Source: a virus. From it: 64,000 bases of DNA. The position numbers and the translations under genes were made by a program. The notes under the pieces were generated by a model that saw only the letters and a program-made list of their open reading frames with translations, made no database searches and was not told where the DNA came from. Position 1 is the first letter of the stretch, and every line of letters starts with the position of its first letter. The stretch lies in the IMG/VR virus record IMGVR_UViG_3300027733_000042, positions 26,787 to 90,786 of that record, one strand, 5' to 3'. Below are positions 17,798-27,800 of this stretch, piece after piece.

Positions 17798-19942
17798 TTA
17801 TCTGTTTTTTGCAATATATGGAATATTTAATTGTGGTCTACAATTATCAATTAGCAGTAACATTGATTCATCCTTAATAAATTGTTGACTTAGGATAAAA
17901 TCATGCTGTTCTTCCTTGACCATCGTATTAAATAGTCTTAAATTTGTTATCAATAGAGTTGATGTCGGTAGAGTATAATACTGAGTTAGATTGAATGTGG
18001 TCTGAGTCAGAGATGACGCACTTGAAAAGATCTTTTTAAAATCATTGTGATTTATTACATCTGATTGATCTTCTTCAATCGAATATACATAGACTCCGCA
18101 CTGTTTAAATTCATTAGATGCAGAGACAATTAGTCCGTGCCATGCATCACTCTTGAAATTAGCAATATTATATGCTTTGACTTGTGAATTAATAGTGACC
18201 GTGATATTTAGGTCTCCTTCAGGCTGCGTACTGATATATCGGGTAAAATGTGCAGTTGCCTTGAACCCAGTGCCAGTTTCATTATCGTATCCATCTAGGA
18301 AACTAATTGAACTTGCGGCTGCTGGAACATTAAATAAACACGTAAATGAAATATTTTTCGAATCAGTTAAGTTAAATTTCGGTTGAGCTGAATAGACTAC
18401 TGCAGTCTGACGAACTTTAAATTTAGCGTAATCTTTTCCACCAACTGTATCGATTAAGATATCCCGCTGATCTTTAAATGTTAAATTACGATATGCTTCA
18501 ACTCGGATATATCGACCAGAGTCAGATTGTCCAATATGATTTGGAATTGTATCAAATGGTCCGCGAACTCGACAAAATAGAGTAGAAGTACTTTTGACAT
18601 TTTTATCGTTTGTCATCAGAGCACTGTTTTTCCAAGCAGTATACATTTCGCTGCCCTGATATGCAAGTACTACATCATTTGATTGTATAACATTTGTTTC
18701 TAAACTTGGCAGAGTTGCAAGATTCATGCTTTCTGCAGTTAGAATTGGGTCATTTGTTAATTCATAATTTAAGTCAGATAATGGAATAGTACTTAAGTCA
18801 TAGTAGTTATCGATTAGACTTGCAAAATTAAATGTGTATTTTAGTGGACGAATTGAAACTTCCGGATGGATCGCTCGACGCGAAGAGTCAAACGTGGTTG
18901 AAATAGTTGAGTATTGCTCTGGCATCGTTCCGTCCTTTATGTCATCCTTTACTGCTTCACTAAATAGTTGATCTGCACTAAGTATTACATTGTCCAAGAA
19001 GTGACGTGCGTCATCCTTGAGCAGCATGTCGATGTTTGGACTGAATTTTTTAAGCTGTATTTTCCAAAAGGTCGGAGACATCATAAATCCACGGTGCAGA
19101 TATGAGCCTTGAATTTCAAACATACGATTTAGTAATGGAAAATATAAGAAGTCCCTCTTTCGAGGTTCTGAGTTTGTTCCAAAAATTGATTGAAAATATC
19201 GATGGTCTAGATGTATCTCAAATGGCATTTGAAAATCTATTCCAAATTCAGCATATTTCGGCATGTTACTTGGGAATGCATTCTTTGGAACCATTACTTT
19301 AACACACTTACGATCGACATTTTTATATAGTGTCCACTCTTTAAATACATAATCGCCGCTGTCTGCTTCAGGTAGGGTTCTAAAATAGACGACCTGGTGG
19401 CCATATAGTTGATTTGTAAAATAAGACATCTCCTGATACATACTAACTGCACTACCGACTTCATATGGTCTGAAGCTTGGATCGCGGTTAGTAATAATTG
19501 AGATACTTTTCTCATCAGAACAAGAAGAAACTGGAGTAAACGTGGTTGGAATATTTACGCCGACTTCAAATCGAAGTTTAATCTCATTGACCTGAATAAC
19601 TGATGATAATTCATTTGCTGTTCCATCATCGTACTCATATTTAACTTCAAAATAGAAATCATCTGCTTTATCTAGGAAGATAGACGCAGCATCTCCCAAG
19701 TTGCCTGGAGAAACTTCATACCATAGAGACCAGTCCAGCCTGTTTCTAGAGTATCTAATATATCGCTTAAGATTGGTTAGGTCAAGTGCAGTAGGTGAAG
19801 TAGTAAGTACATCTTCTACGAAATCTGTAAAGTTGACAATTCCACATACCGGATCAAGGGTAGAGAAAATTCTAAAGTTTTTACTAAACGTTAACGAATT
19901 TTTCTGTGGGTCTATTAAAATTTTTACGGTAGTCTTTATCAT
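17798..19942 (-). CDS. neck protein (T4 gp14-like) with N- and C-terminal extensions
   Basis: YGHQVVYF and EPRKRDFLYFPLLNRMFEI match the gp14 'P..GDLIYFP....LFEI' motif. Confidence 0.7.
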   Translation of the reverse strand: MIKTTVKILIDPQKNSLTFSKNFRIFSTLDPVCGIVNFTDFVEDVLTTSPTALDLTNLKRYIRYSRNRLDWSLWYEVSPGNLGDAASIFLDKADDFYFEVKYEYDDGTANELSSVIQVNEIKLRFEVGVNIPTTFTPVSSCSDEKSISIITNRDPSFRPYEVGSAVSMYQEMSYFTNQLYGHQVVYFRTLPEADSGDYVFKEWTLYKNVDRKCVKVMVPKNAFPSNMPKYAEFGIDFQMPFEIHLDHRYFQSIFGTNSEPRKRDFLYFPLLNRMFEIQGSYLHRGFMMSPTFWKIQLKKFSPNIDMLLKDDARHFLDNVILSADQLFSEAVKDDIKDGTMPEQYSTISTTFDSSRRAIHPEVSIRPLKYTFNFASLIDNYYDLSTIPLSDLNYELTNDPILTAESMNLATLPSLETNVIQSNDVVLAYQGSEMYTAWKNSALMTNDKNVKSTSTLFCRVRGPFDTIPNHIGQSDSGRYIRVEAYRNLTFKDQRDILIDTVGGKDYAKFKVRQTAVVYSAQPKFNLTDSKNISFTCLFNVPAAASSISFLDGYDNETGTGFKATAHFTRYISTQPEGDLNITVTINSQVKAYNIANFKSDAWHGLIVSASNEFKQCGVYVYSIEEDQSDVINHNDFKKIFSSASSLTQTTFNLTQYYTLPTSTLLITNLRLFNTMVKEEQHDFILSQQFIKDESMLLLIDNCRPQLNIPYIAKNR

Positions 19943-20043
19943 TACTTGCCTACTGATGCTTTATGTTATTTATTTATTTGTTAAGAATAAACTAAACTGA
20001 TATTCGCCGCGTAGTAAAATAAATAATAAAAAGAAGATTAACT

Positions 20044-20865
20044 TTGAAAAAGGATTTTATATTAGACCCGCTCTGGATTACCCAAGGCACCTATTTAGAC
20101 TCGGAATACTTTAACTATGTTCTCTTGGGTGCCAGTGTGAAGTATAAAGAGGAGATCGCAGCTGATAATATTGACCGATTTTATGAGGTCATGTTTCATA
20201 TACTTAATTTGAACAATTTAGCCGTGACCGGTAACATATTTACTGCAAAATACAAAGAAATTTGGAAAGAAGCTAGAATTAAACAGATTCAGGATGAATT
20301 GAAGAAAGTATATGACTTGCCTGAAGAAACTGCAAAGATTTTTAAGAATGCAAATTACGTGTTCTTGAATATTGCTATTGAGTACATGAAGATTCATCTT
20401 GATATCTTGGACAAGATTAAATTATTTCATATGAATAGAGATATTCATTGTGAAAAAGAAATATTTATTGTAACAAATAAACTTGGAACAAATATTTATC
20501 GAATTTGGAAGCTGTCAGATGACCCAAAAAGAAACTTTGGCTACTCTTTCTCAAAGGTAAAAACGATCACTATTCCAGACCTGGCAAGTAATTCATTTGG
20601 AACAGCCGCTGATGCAATAAATGATCCAAAGCTAATTGGATTAACTAGTAGTAAAAATGTATGTTTTGCCGTTATTCAAGAGAAAGAAGATGAATCCATG
20701 GTTGCAAAAACTGTGAAGGACACCCTGCTTCTAAATAAAGGCATTGCTAAGAATCGCGGGTTTGAACCGCTCCTAATTGCCGAGTTATATCGTTATATTT
20801 GGATAGAAAAAATGTTACCATTTACGCTAAGTCAATGGAGATCAGAAAATGTTAAAGAACTTTAA
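20044..20865 (+). CDS. hypothetical phage protein
   Basis: 273-aa ORF with TTG start and promoter motifs upstream. Confidence 0.75.
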   Translation: MKKDFILDPLWITQGTYLDSEYFNYVLLGASVKYKEEIAADNIDRFYEVMFHILNLNNLAVTGNIFTAKYKEIWKEARIKQIQDELKKVYDLPEETAKIFKNANYVFLNIAIEYMKIHLDILDKIKLFHMNRDIHCEKEIFIVTNKLGTNIYRIWKLSDDPKRNFGYSFSKVKTITIPDLASNSFGTAADAINDPKLIGLTSSKNVCFAVIQEKEDESMVAKTVKDTLLLNKGIAKNRGFEPLLIAELYRYIWIEKMLPFTLSQWRSENVKEL

Positions 20866-21820
20866 TCAATTTATTACTGAAGCTCGAGGATTCTCGACAA
20901 CCGTTGAGGAATATGCACAAGTGTGTAAGACTCTAATCAACGCAACGCTCGACAAATATATCGCTGCGAATAGGACTGAGTTTACTAATTTTAGTAAGTC
21001 GATTATACTTAAAGATGCCTATCTAGAAGTATCTCAGGAGGCCGCTACTAAATTTCCATTAGACCAAATTAAGATACTGTTTGAGATTTCGGCAGTTGAC
21101 GAGGAGGAATTTATTCCCTATGCTGCGCACTATCAACGCAATTACAATAAAGTAAAATTAATTGAAGGTAAGGGTGTCAAAGTAAAAATTGATATGTTGT
21201 GTAAATTTGTTGTGCCGAAGACCGGTGGTCAAATTGATCGAGCAGTAATCAATAAGTATTTGGACGATATTTTAAATCATGAATTGACTCATGCATACAA
21301 TGATTACAAAGATCCAAATTTCTTTAAAGACTATCGTCTTGGTATGACGACTCAGTATGCTGCAGAAACATATCCATACTTGATGAAGTCTCGAGTGCTT
21401 AAGCTATTTTTTGATTTGCTCTATGTCTTAACACCGACTGAGATAAAGGCAATTGCTGGTGAGCGTAGCGAATTTAAAAGTCAAGAAGAATTACGTGAAT
21501 ATAGTGGATATCGGTGGTCACAACTCGCAAGAGATTTTGACCCAGATGAATATTATGAAATTATCCTTTCCCAAATCGAAGATCGCCGATTCGTTCAATA
21601 TATTGATACGAAATTTGGTGAATTCTTTGTAAATGTATATGTTGACTCTGTACACCAAGACAGTGCAACAGTTGACCCTAAAATTCTTAGACTTAAGAAA
21701 TCTGCAGGTTTAATGGATGTGTTACGCTTCTTTGAACAAAGAATACATAAGGGCGGCCAAGAACTTTTTAGGAAATTGGCCGCGAAAGTTACTGATCAAG
21801 GATCCGGTAAACTTATCTAG
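20849..21820 (+). CDS. putative zinc metallopeptidase with capsid-targeting-like N-terminus
   Basis: MLKNFNQFITE-A; HELTH at 21278-21292; downstream YVLTPTE. Confidence 0.7.
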   Translation: MLKNFNQFITEARGFSTTVEEYAQVCKTLINATLDKYIAANRTEFTNFSKSIILKDAYLEVSQEAATKFPLDQIKILFEISAVDEEEFIPYAAHYQRNYNKVKLIEGKGVKVKIDMLCKFVVPKTGGQIDRAVINKYLDDILNHELTHAYNDYKDPNFFKDYRLGMTTQYAAETYPYLMKSRVLKLFFDLLYVLTPTEIKAIAGERSEFKSQEELREYSGYRWSQLARDFDPDEYYEIILSQIEDRRFVQYIDTKFGEFFVNVYVDSVHQDSATVDPKILRLKKSAGLMDVLRFFEQRIHKGGQELFRKLAAKVTDQGSGKLI

Positions 21821-21826
21821 TCTAGG

Positions 21827-24800
21827 TTAAGCTCCAGCATATATTATATAATTCATAACTATGAATTCTGGTGAGGGGTCTGTTCCAATACCGGTTGATG
21901 ATAGTATATCACCAACAGTATCAAACGGATAAGTCGCTGAGTCATATCCTACAGGAATACGGTGTTTTAAATTAGGTACCCTAAAGTTAGTTCCAGAAGT
22001 GGATCCATAAACTGTGCCAAGTGCAGCAAATAATGTAACATACGTATATCTACTATGCAGTGTCCCATCGCAGAATAACCAGCCGTTCGGTGCAGTGGTT
22101 CCAGCAAATGGAACAGTTACTCCAATTGGCACTGCACCTAGTCCAGCAATAACTCCATTGACTAATAAGTTATCTCCAATTTCGACTGGTCCGCCGACAT
22201 TTAATCCACCACCAATATTTGCATTTTGAGTTACGTCAAGTTGATCTGCACGCAGTGATTCGATATGTGCACCGCCGGTATAAATACCATCAAAATCAAT
22301 AGCGATAAGTGATTCAACATTTGTAGTATCATCACTACTACTATGTATACCAACATAAATATGTTTTCCGACAACCAAGAATCGTGACGCTAAGAAGTTT
22401 AAATCTTTACAATATACTTGTGTTGGAGGGCTAGTTACTGACCATGTAGAATTAGTAGTGTCCACTCCTCCAGAAACATCAACTTTAAATGCATAGGATG
22501 TTGATTTATCTGAATTAACTGCTAGAACATATAGGCTATTCCCTAACTGTTTCATATCATATATCTCACAGGTACCGCTAGGAATAGTTAGAGTCAGCTC
22601 GGTAATTTTGTCATATATGTGTCTGCACGGATCTGCATCATCACTAAGATCTCCAGCAGCTGATGGCAACATTAAATCAAATATTGTTATTTTATTACCG
22701 TATCCGGCGTAAATATATTTTTTATTTGCAACAATTGCACCACGTTTATTTACAGATGGAAAACTATCAATCGGTATTGCAGTCTCGTACGCTACGTGCA
22801 AACTGCCAAGTCCATCCCAGGAAATGTTACCAGTCTTATTGTTTAAATTAAATACGTCAATTCTTACTTGATAATCGGTGCTTATTTCGTGATTTCCGCC
22901 ACTATGTTGCCAAGTAAGAGTTATAACCTTATCATCAACGATATCCATATCAAGTATGGCATTCTCACGATATCTGAACGGTGCGGACACAGTTGATTCA
23001 AACATGGCTGGGACAGCTGAATTTACCACGACTGGAGTGGTAGGATCGGTAATATTAATTGTCGTGACTCCGCCAAGGGATTCGGTGTTAAATACTCCAA
23101 GTAATGTGTATAGACCGTTTGTTGCAACAACTGCATGATTGCCAGCAATCAATACACGATATGCACTATTTAATTCCGGAGAATCACCGCCAGGCGCCCC
23201 ATATCCAAGTCGAGAGATTCGGCGTGGTGCAGTGTTCCTAACACTATCAAGTTCACATATTTGGAAATATGTTCGGTAGAATAGATGTGCTGGACTGGCC
23301 GTATGGTTTGGAGTACGGTCGTTATGTTGATTATTCACAACATACATGTATTTTCCAGCAATTGCAATATCTGCTGCTCCTGGACCAACTAGTGAATCAG
23401 AACTATTATACGAATCAGTAGAAACAAAACACCCTGGCAGATGTGCTATTACATTTGTCGTTGTTCCATCAAATTTTGCAGACCATTCTGAGATCGGATT
23501 ATTTGGGTTCTCTATTGTAAATCTATCAAAATACCCATATTTTTCTACTAATGTCGTCGGGTTCGGATCGCCAGAAACAGTATAAATAGTATTTCCATCT
23601 CGAGCAATTCCCATATGACCTAAGAACGAACTTGGTGAAACATTCGCAGATACTTCAACGTCTACTGCTCTAGGCTCAGTCGTTGCCACTTGGATAATAT
23701 TTCCACCATTCTGTAAAACGTCGTCATTTAAGTATATTCCATTAAGATCAGAAGCAGCGGTCATCATAAAATAATCTTTCGCTGGATGATTTGTGATATA
23801 TCCAGTCTCAGCCGGAAGATTTGCAATCAGATAGTCTTTTGCGATTCCAATATTTGCTCCATTGATTCCACCATCAGATAGGTAAAATAAGATACCGTCT
23901 GCTAAATTTCCAGTGTTTCCAGTAATTTCATTAAGCCCGTATTTTGAACCAATATATACATGGGCTGATTCGTTTACTGAATCAATAATATTTGCCTTTG
24001 GTGTAATAAATTCAAAAACTCCATTAAAATTACGAGTAAATAGAACTCCAGTCTCAGGTATATCCATTGAAAACTGTGCAACATTGTAGTGATCAGAATA
24101 TACTCCGCCTGGCGGAATTACTCTAAGATATCGCATCTTATAGTTTTCGTAAACATTTGTGAGTATCGGATTTGGATCAGGCAGAGTATCATCTTGGTAT
24201 AACTCACCTAATTCTACATGATATCTACCAATCGAACCAAATCGGTGGTCAACATAGATTGATAATAGTGAATTATAGAGAGTCTCAGTACCAATTTGTG
24301 GCATGACCGGCGTTTCCGCAGGACCATATATAAATCCTGGAGGAATTAGGGCAGCCATCGTATCCTCATCAAAATTATTTAAGAAGAGTATATCGTTATT
24401 TGCATTGTTTCCGCCAACTCCACCAAGTGTAACGTCAGTTATATTGTCTGAACGACGATTGAATAGGATAAATCGATCATCATTTGGAGAACCAATACCT
24501 AATCCTCTAGTGAATGGTGAAGGTGAACCGGCTAGGTAATTATTAATAATTGCAGTTAGATCAAATAAGAAATTCCATGAAGTTCCATCCCATTGCCATA
24601 CTGCAAAATTTGATGAGTCTAAATAAAAATCACCAGGTAATAAATCATCGGGAATAGCTGGATCATCGACAATCGTAGGATCACCCGGCCCAACAAACCA
24701 GATATTTCCTCTAGTTCCATCTGGACCTTGAATACCGCCAGGACCAGCTGATCCTTGATTACCAAGGAATCCTCTTAACCCCTGCTCTCCAATGCCTAAC

Positions 24801-24895
24801 TCTAATAATTTATTAAAGTTGAAGTTTATTTTATCAATTGAAATTTCCTGAGCGTCTGCTGGAAATAGTTCTTTTAAATTAATTCGTATTGGCAT
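21827..24895 (-). CDS. tail fibre protein: collagen-like repeat, propeller-like region, C-terminal phage tail collar domain
   Basis: (Gly-X-Y)9 GEQGLRGFLGNQGSAGPGGIQGPDGTR; VPIGVTVPFAGTTAPNGWLFCDG...FRVPNL...MNYII collar signature; LVIVD-like 'IAGKYMYV' blades. Confidence 0.85.
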   Translation of the reverse strand: MPIRINLKELFPADAQEISIDKINFNFNKLLELGIGEQGLRGFLGNQGSAGPGGIQGPDGTRGNIWFVGPGDPTIVDDPAIPDDLLPGDFYLDSSNFAVWQWDGTSWNFLFDLTAIINNYLAGSPSPFTRGLGIGSPNDDRFILFNRRSDNITDVTLGGVGGNNANNDILFLNNFDEDTMAALIPPGFIYGPAETPVMPQIGTETLYNSLLSIYVDHRFGSIGRYHVELGELYQDDTLPDPNPILTNVYENYKMRYLRVIPPGGVYSDHYNVAQFSMDIPETGVLFTRNFNGVFEFITPKANIIDSVNESAHVYIGSKYGLNEITGNTGNLADGILFYLSDGGINGANIGIAKDYLIANLPAETGYITNHPAKDYFMMTAASDLNGIYLNDDVLQNGGNIIQVATTEPRAVDVEVSANVSPSSFLGHMGIARDGNTIYTVSGDPNPTTLVEKYGYFDRFTIENPNNPISEWSAKFDGTTTNVIAHLPGCFVSTDSYNSSDSLVGPGAADIAIAGKYMYVVNNQHNDRTPNHTASPAHLFYRTYFQICELDSVRNTAPRRISRLGYGAPGGDSPELNSAYRVLIAGNHAVVATNGLYTLLGVFNTESLGGVTTINITDPTTPVVVNSAVPAMFESTVSAPFRYRENAILDMDIVDDKVITLTWQHSGGNHEISTDYQVRIDVFNLNNKTGNISWDGLGSLHVAYETAIPIDSFPSVNKRGAIVANKKYIYAGYGNKITIFDLMLPSAAGDLSDDADPCRHIYDKITELTLTIPSGTCEIYDMKQLGNSLYVLAVNSDKSTSYAFKVDVSGGVDTTNSTWSVTSPPTQVYCKDLNFLASRFLVVGKHIYVGIHSSSDDTTNVESLIAIDFDGIYTGGAHIESLRADQLDVTQNANIGGGLNVGGPVEIGDNLLVNGVIAGLGAVPIGVTVPFAGTTAPNGWLFCDGTLHSRYTYVTLFAALGTVYGSTSGTNFRVPNLKHRIPVGYDSATYPFDTVGDILSSTGIGTDPSPEFIVMNYIIYAGA

Positions 24896-24897
24896 CT

Positions 24898-27800
24898 TTA
24901 GATGAATTTAATTTTTATCTTCGGACTGATATCTTGTCCAGCTGCCGTTGATTTTGGTATGCTGAAGCTTAATATTAATCTGTCTGTTTTATTTATTTGC
25001 ACATTTTTGAATTCTGCGTAACCTAAAGCTTTGCGCTGAATATCATCTAAGAATACAAACGAGATCGGATTTGAATTTTGTACTGTCTTTGTTGAAAAAA
25101 GGCTAGCATTTCTTTTACTAAAGAATTCAATAGTGTCTGTATTGTATAGTTTGAGAATATTTAATTTTATGTAATCCTTAACATATTCTTGAATTGTGAC
25201 GTAGTTTCCAATAAACTCATTTGAATTTACTAGATAATCATTGAATTTTTGTTCGATTCCATCAGCAATAAGGTAATTAGTGATTGCATTGTTTAAATTA
25301 ATAAATCCATCAAGACTAGAGGTTCCCTCTTTTGCAACAATTTCAATTTGAGTAAGGTCAACATCTGATAATTTTTGGCTATCTGTTAGCATTACTATAT
25401 TAAACTGGGTAAGGTATAGTGTTTCAGGAACAGTTAATATTTTACCTAAGAAATTTTCATCTTCTTCTACTCGAACTGCACCAGATGCTGCAGAATATTC
25501 AGTTTTACTAGAATATCTGTGGTGAAAGCCCCAATCCCAATTACTATTTAGTAGGAAATGCGGAGCTTGACCGATTGCGACTTCACCAATTTTTGGATAA
25601 ATTGGAAGATGTGCAGGATCAGATTCAAGATCGAGTATCTTGGTGTTAGCTACCTTAATATGATTAAAATTAGCCAGAGTCAATAAGTTATCGATTTGTG
25701 TATTCAATCGAGTATTACTTAATGGTAAATCGTTTATCTTATTTTTAAAAAATTTGAAATTTGATTTGCAATATAATACATCGTGTGTAATAGGTTCATA
25801 TCCACCAGGATAACGATTTAGCTCAACAATATTGTTTAATTTAGCCTGTTCATATTGATATCCAATTTCATTATTAAATGAGAATTGAGTTGGAACATCA
25901 ATATCTGAGTTAATAATAATTTGACTTGTATTTTCAACATTTGCAACATCTGGAATCTCTAAATAGAATTTAGGGTCAGGTGATAACTGACTCACTCCAT
26001 TTATATCTAGAGAGTATGATTCAAATTCAATAATTGGATCAAGAGTATTTAGGTATTGTTTAAATTTAGAAAAAGACAGTTTTTGTAATAACTTTTCAAA
26101 ATAGTTCTTACCTCCGCCAATCACAAAGAATGTGAAGTAATTTCGGACAACTACTGTGAATCCAGAAGGCAGCGGTAGATTTTGGAAAATTGAAGTAAAT
26201 GGCGGAAGACTAATTGGAGTTACTAAACTTAAATCTGCACCACCTAGAATATCATCAAGACTAAAATTAAGACGATCATCTATTGCACTATCAATTGGAT
26301 TTGAGTTTTGTGGAGCAAATGCTGAATTCGTTTGGTCAATAATATAAAATATTCCAGATGCAGAGTTGCGCATTGCAACTAGACCTAGGTTACTAATTGG
26401 TGTAAATTCATCGGCTAGTGATGCTGGATAATTTGAAATACTTGGTATTTGGGTTGATTTAATTGTTCCTGAGACTGGCGGACCTGCGACAAAATTAACA
26501 CCATTTGTGCCAGCAACTGAAATTGCAAGCTGTGATGATAATTTTATATTTGAGAAGTTATCAAGTCTAGAGTTATATTTTTTATTCTTTAGAGAATAAA
26601 GTAGAGTATGATTTAGGTTTGACACATCAACTCCATCTACTTGTTCAAATTGAATTCGATAATCTCCATATATTGTCTCAAATGGAAGATCTCCACCAAT
26701 TAGTGGTCCAGCATAAAATGTTTCATTAGGTGGAACAACTGATGGTTTTGCACTTGAGAGGCCAACTGGTGAACCCATAATTATGAATTGCTTCCAAAAT
26801 GAATTAATTTGATCAATTGAACCAATTGCAAGTTCAATAACTAGTGTTATAAATTTATAGTCGGTGTGCTCAATAAATCTAAATCGGATTGGCGGCTGAT
26901 CGCGATTGAAGAAATCTTCCTTCACCGGTTTTAAGACGCAGCTAAATTTATAGCCATCGAATCTAGAAGTAGAGTCAGTTGCCACAGGTTTACCGTCTGC
27001 TCCAAATACAGTTGAATTATGAACATCATTAAATATTAACTTAAATCCTTTGAAAAAAGCCTCATATTGTCCTGCAATATTCTTAAATACTTCTGAATAT
27101 CTGAATTGAGTTGGTGCAACGTCTAAGTCCTCTCCATTTATGTCAGTTCCAAATTTTGGAGTATACGTAAAATATTCAATAAAATAATTTGGGTCACTTA
27201 GTAATTTTGTAATATCGAGTGGCTTGTCAAAATAGTAATTATTTTGCTTAGCTGTCGCTAACGTATCTAGATAATTGAATCGACTCTCAATATAGAACCA
27301 CTCATGGGTAAAATTATTTGGGTTTTGTGAACGATCAGTATGATCTGGTGAAAAATTATTTCTACCAAATACAATTTCTGTATTTAATCGATATGGATTA
27401 TCTCTAGAATCGAGTCCATTTTTTATTCCCCATTTTGTGATATATGGAATAATTTTTGAACGCAATGCAAAATCAATACTTTCATTTTCTTTATAGAAGT
27501 CATATTCTGTTTGGGTTAACCCATTTACATATTTTGTCTTTATTGCATATTCGTCAGATGAGTCAGCTGCAATAACTTTAGTTGGATCTTTAAGAATTGA
27601 GAAACCGGAAAAATTACGTAATTCCAAATTCTCATCTTTGATTGGACACATAAGTACATCACCAGGTGTAAATTTTGTTGTTTGTGATATGATTGGGGAG
27701 CCGATATAATTTGAATAATAACATGGCTGAGTCACTGTAAATTCTATGATAGGATTAATAGTGGTTCCAGGCAAAGCGACTTGATAGATATTCCAAGAAG

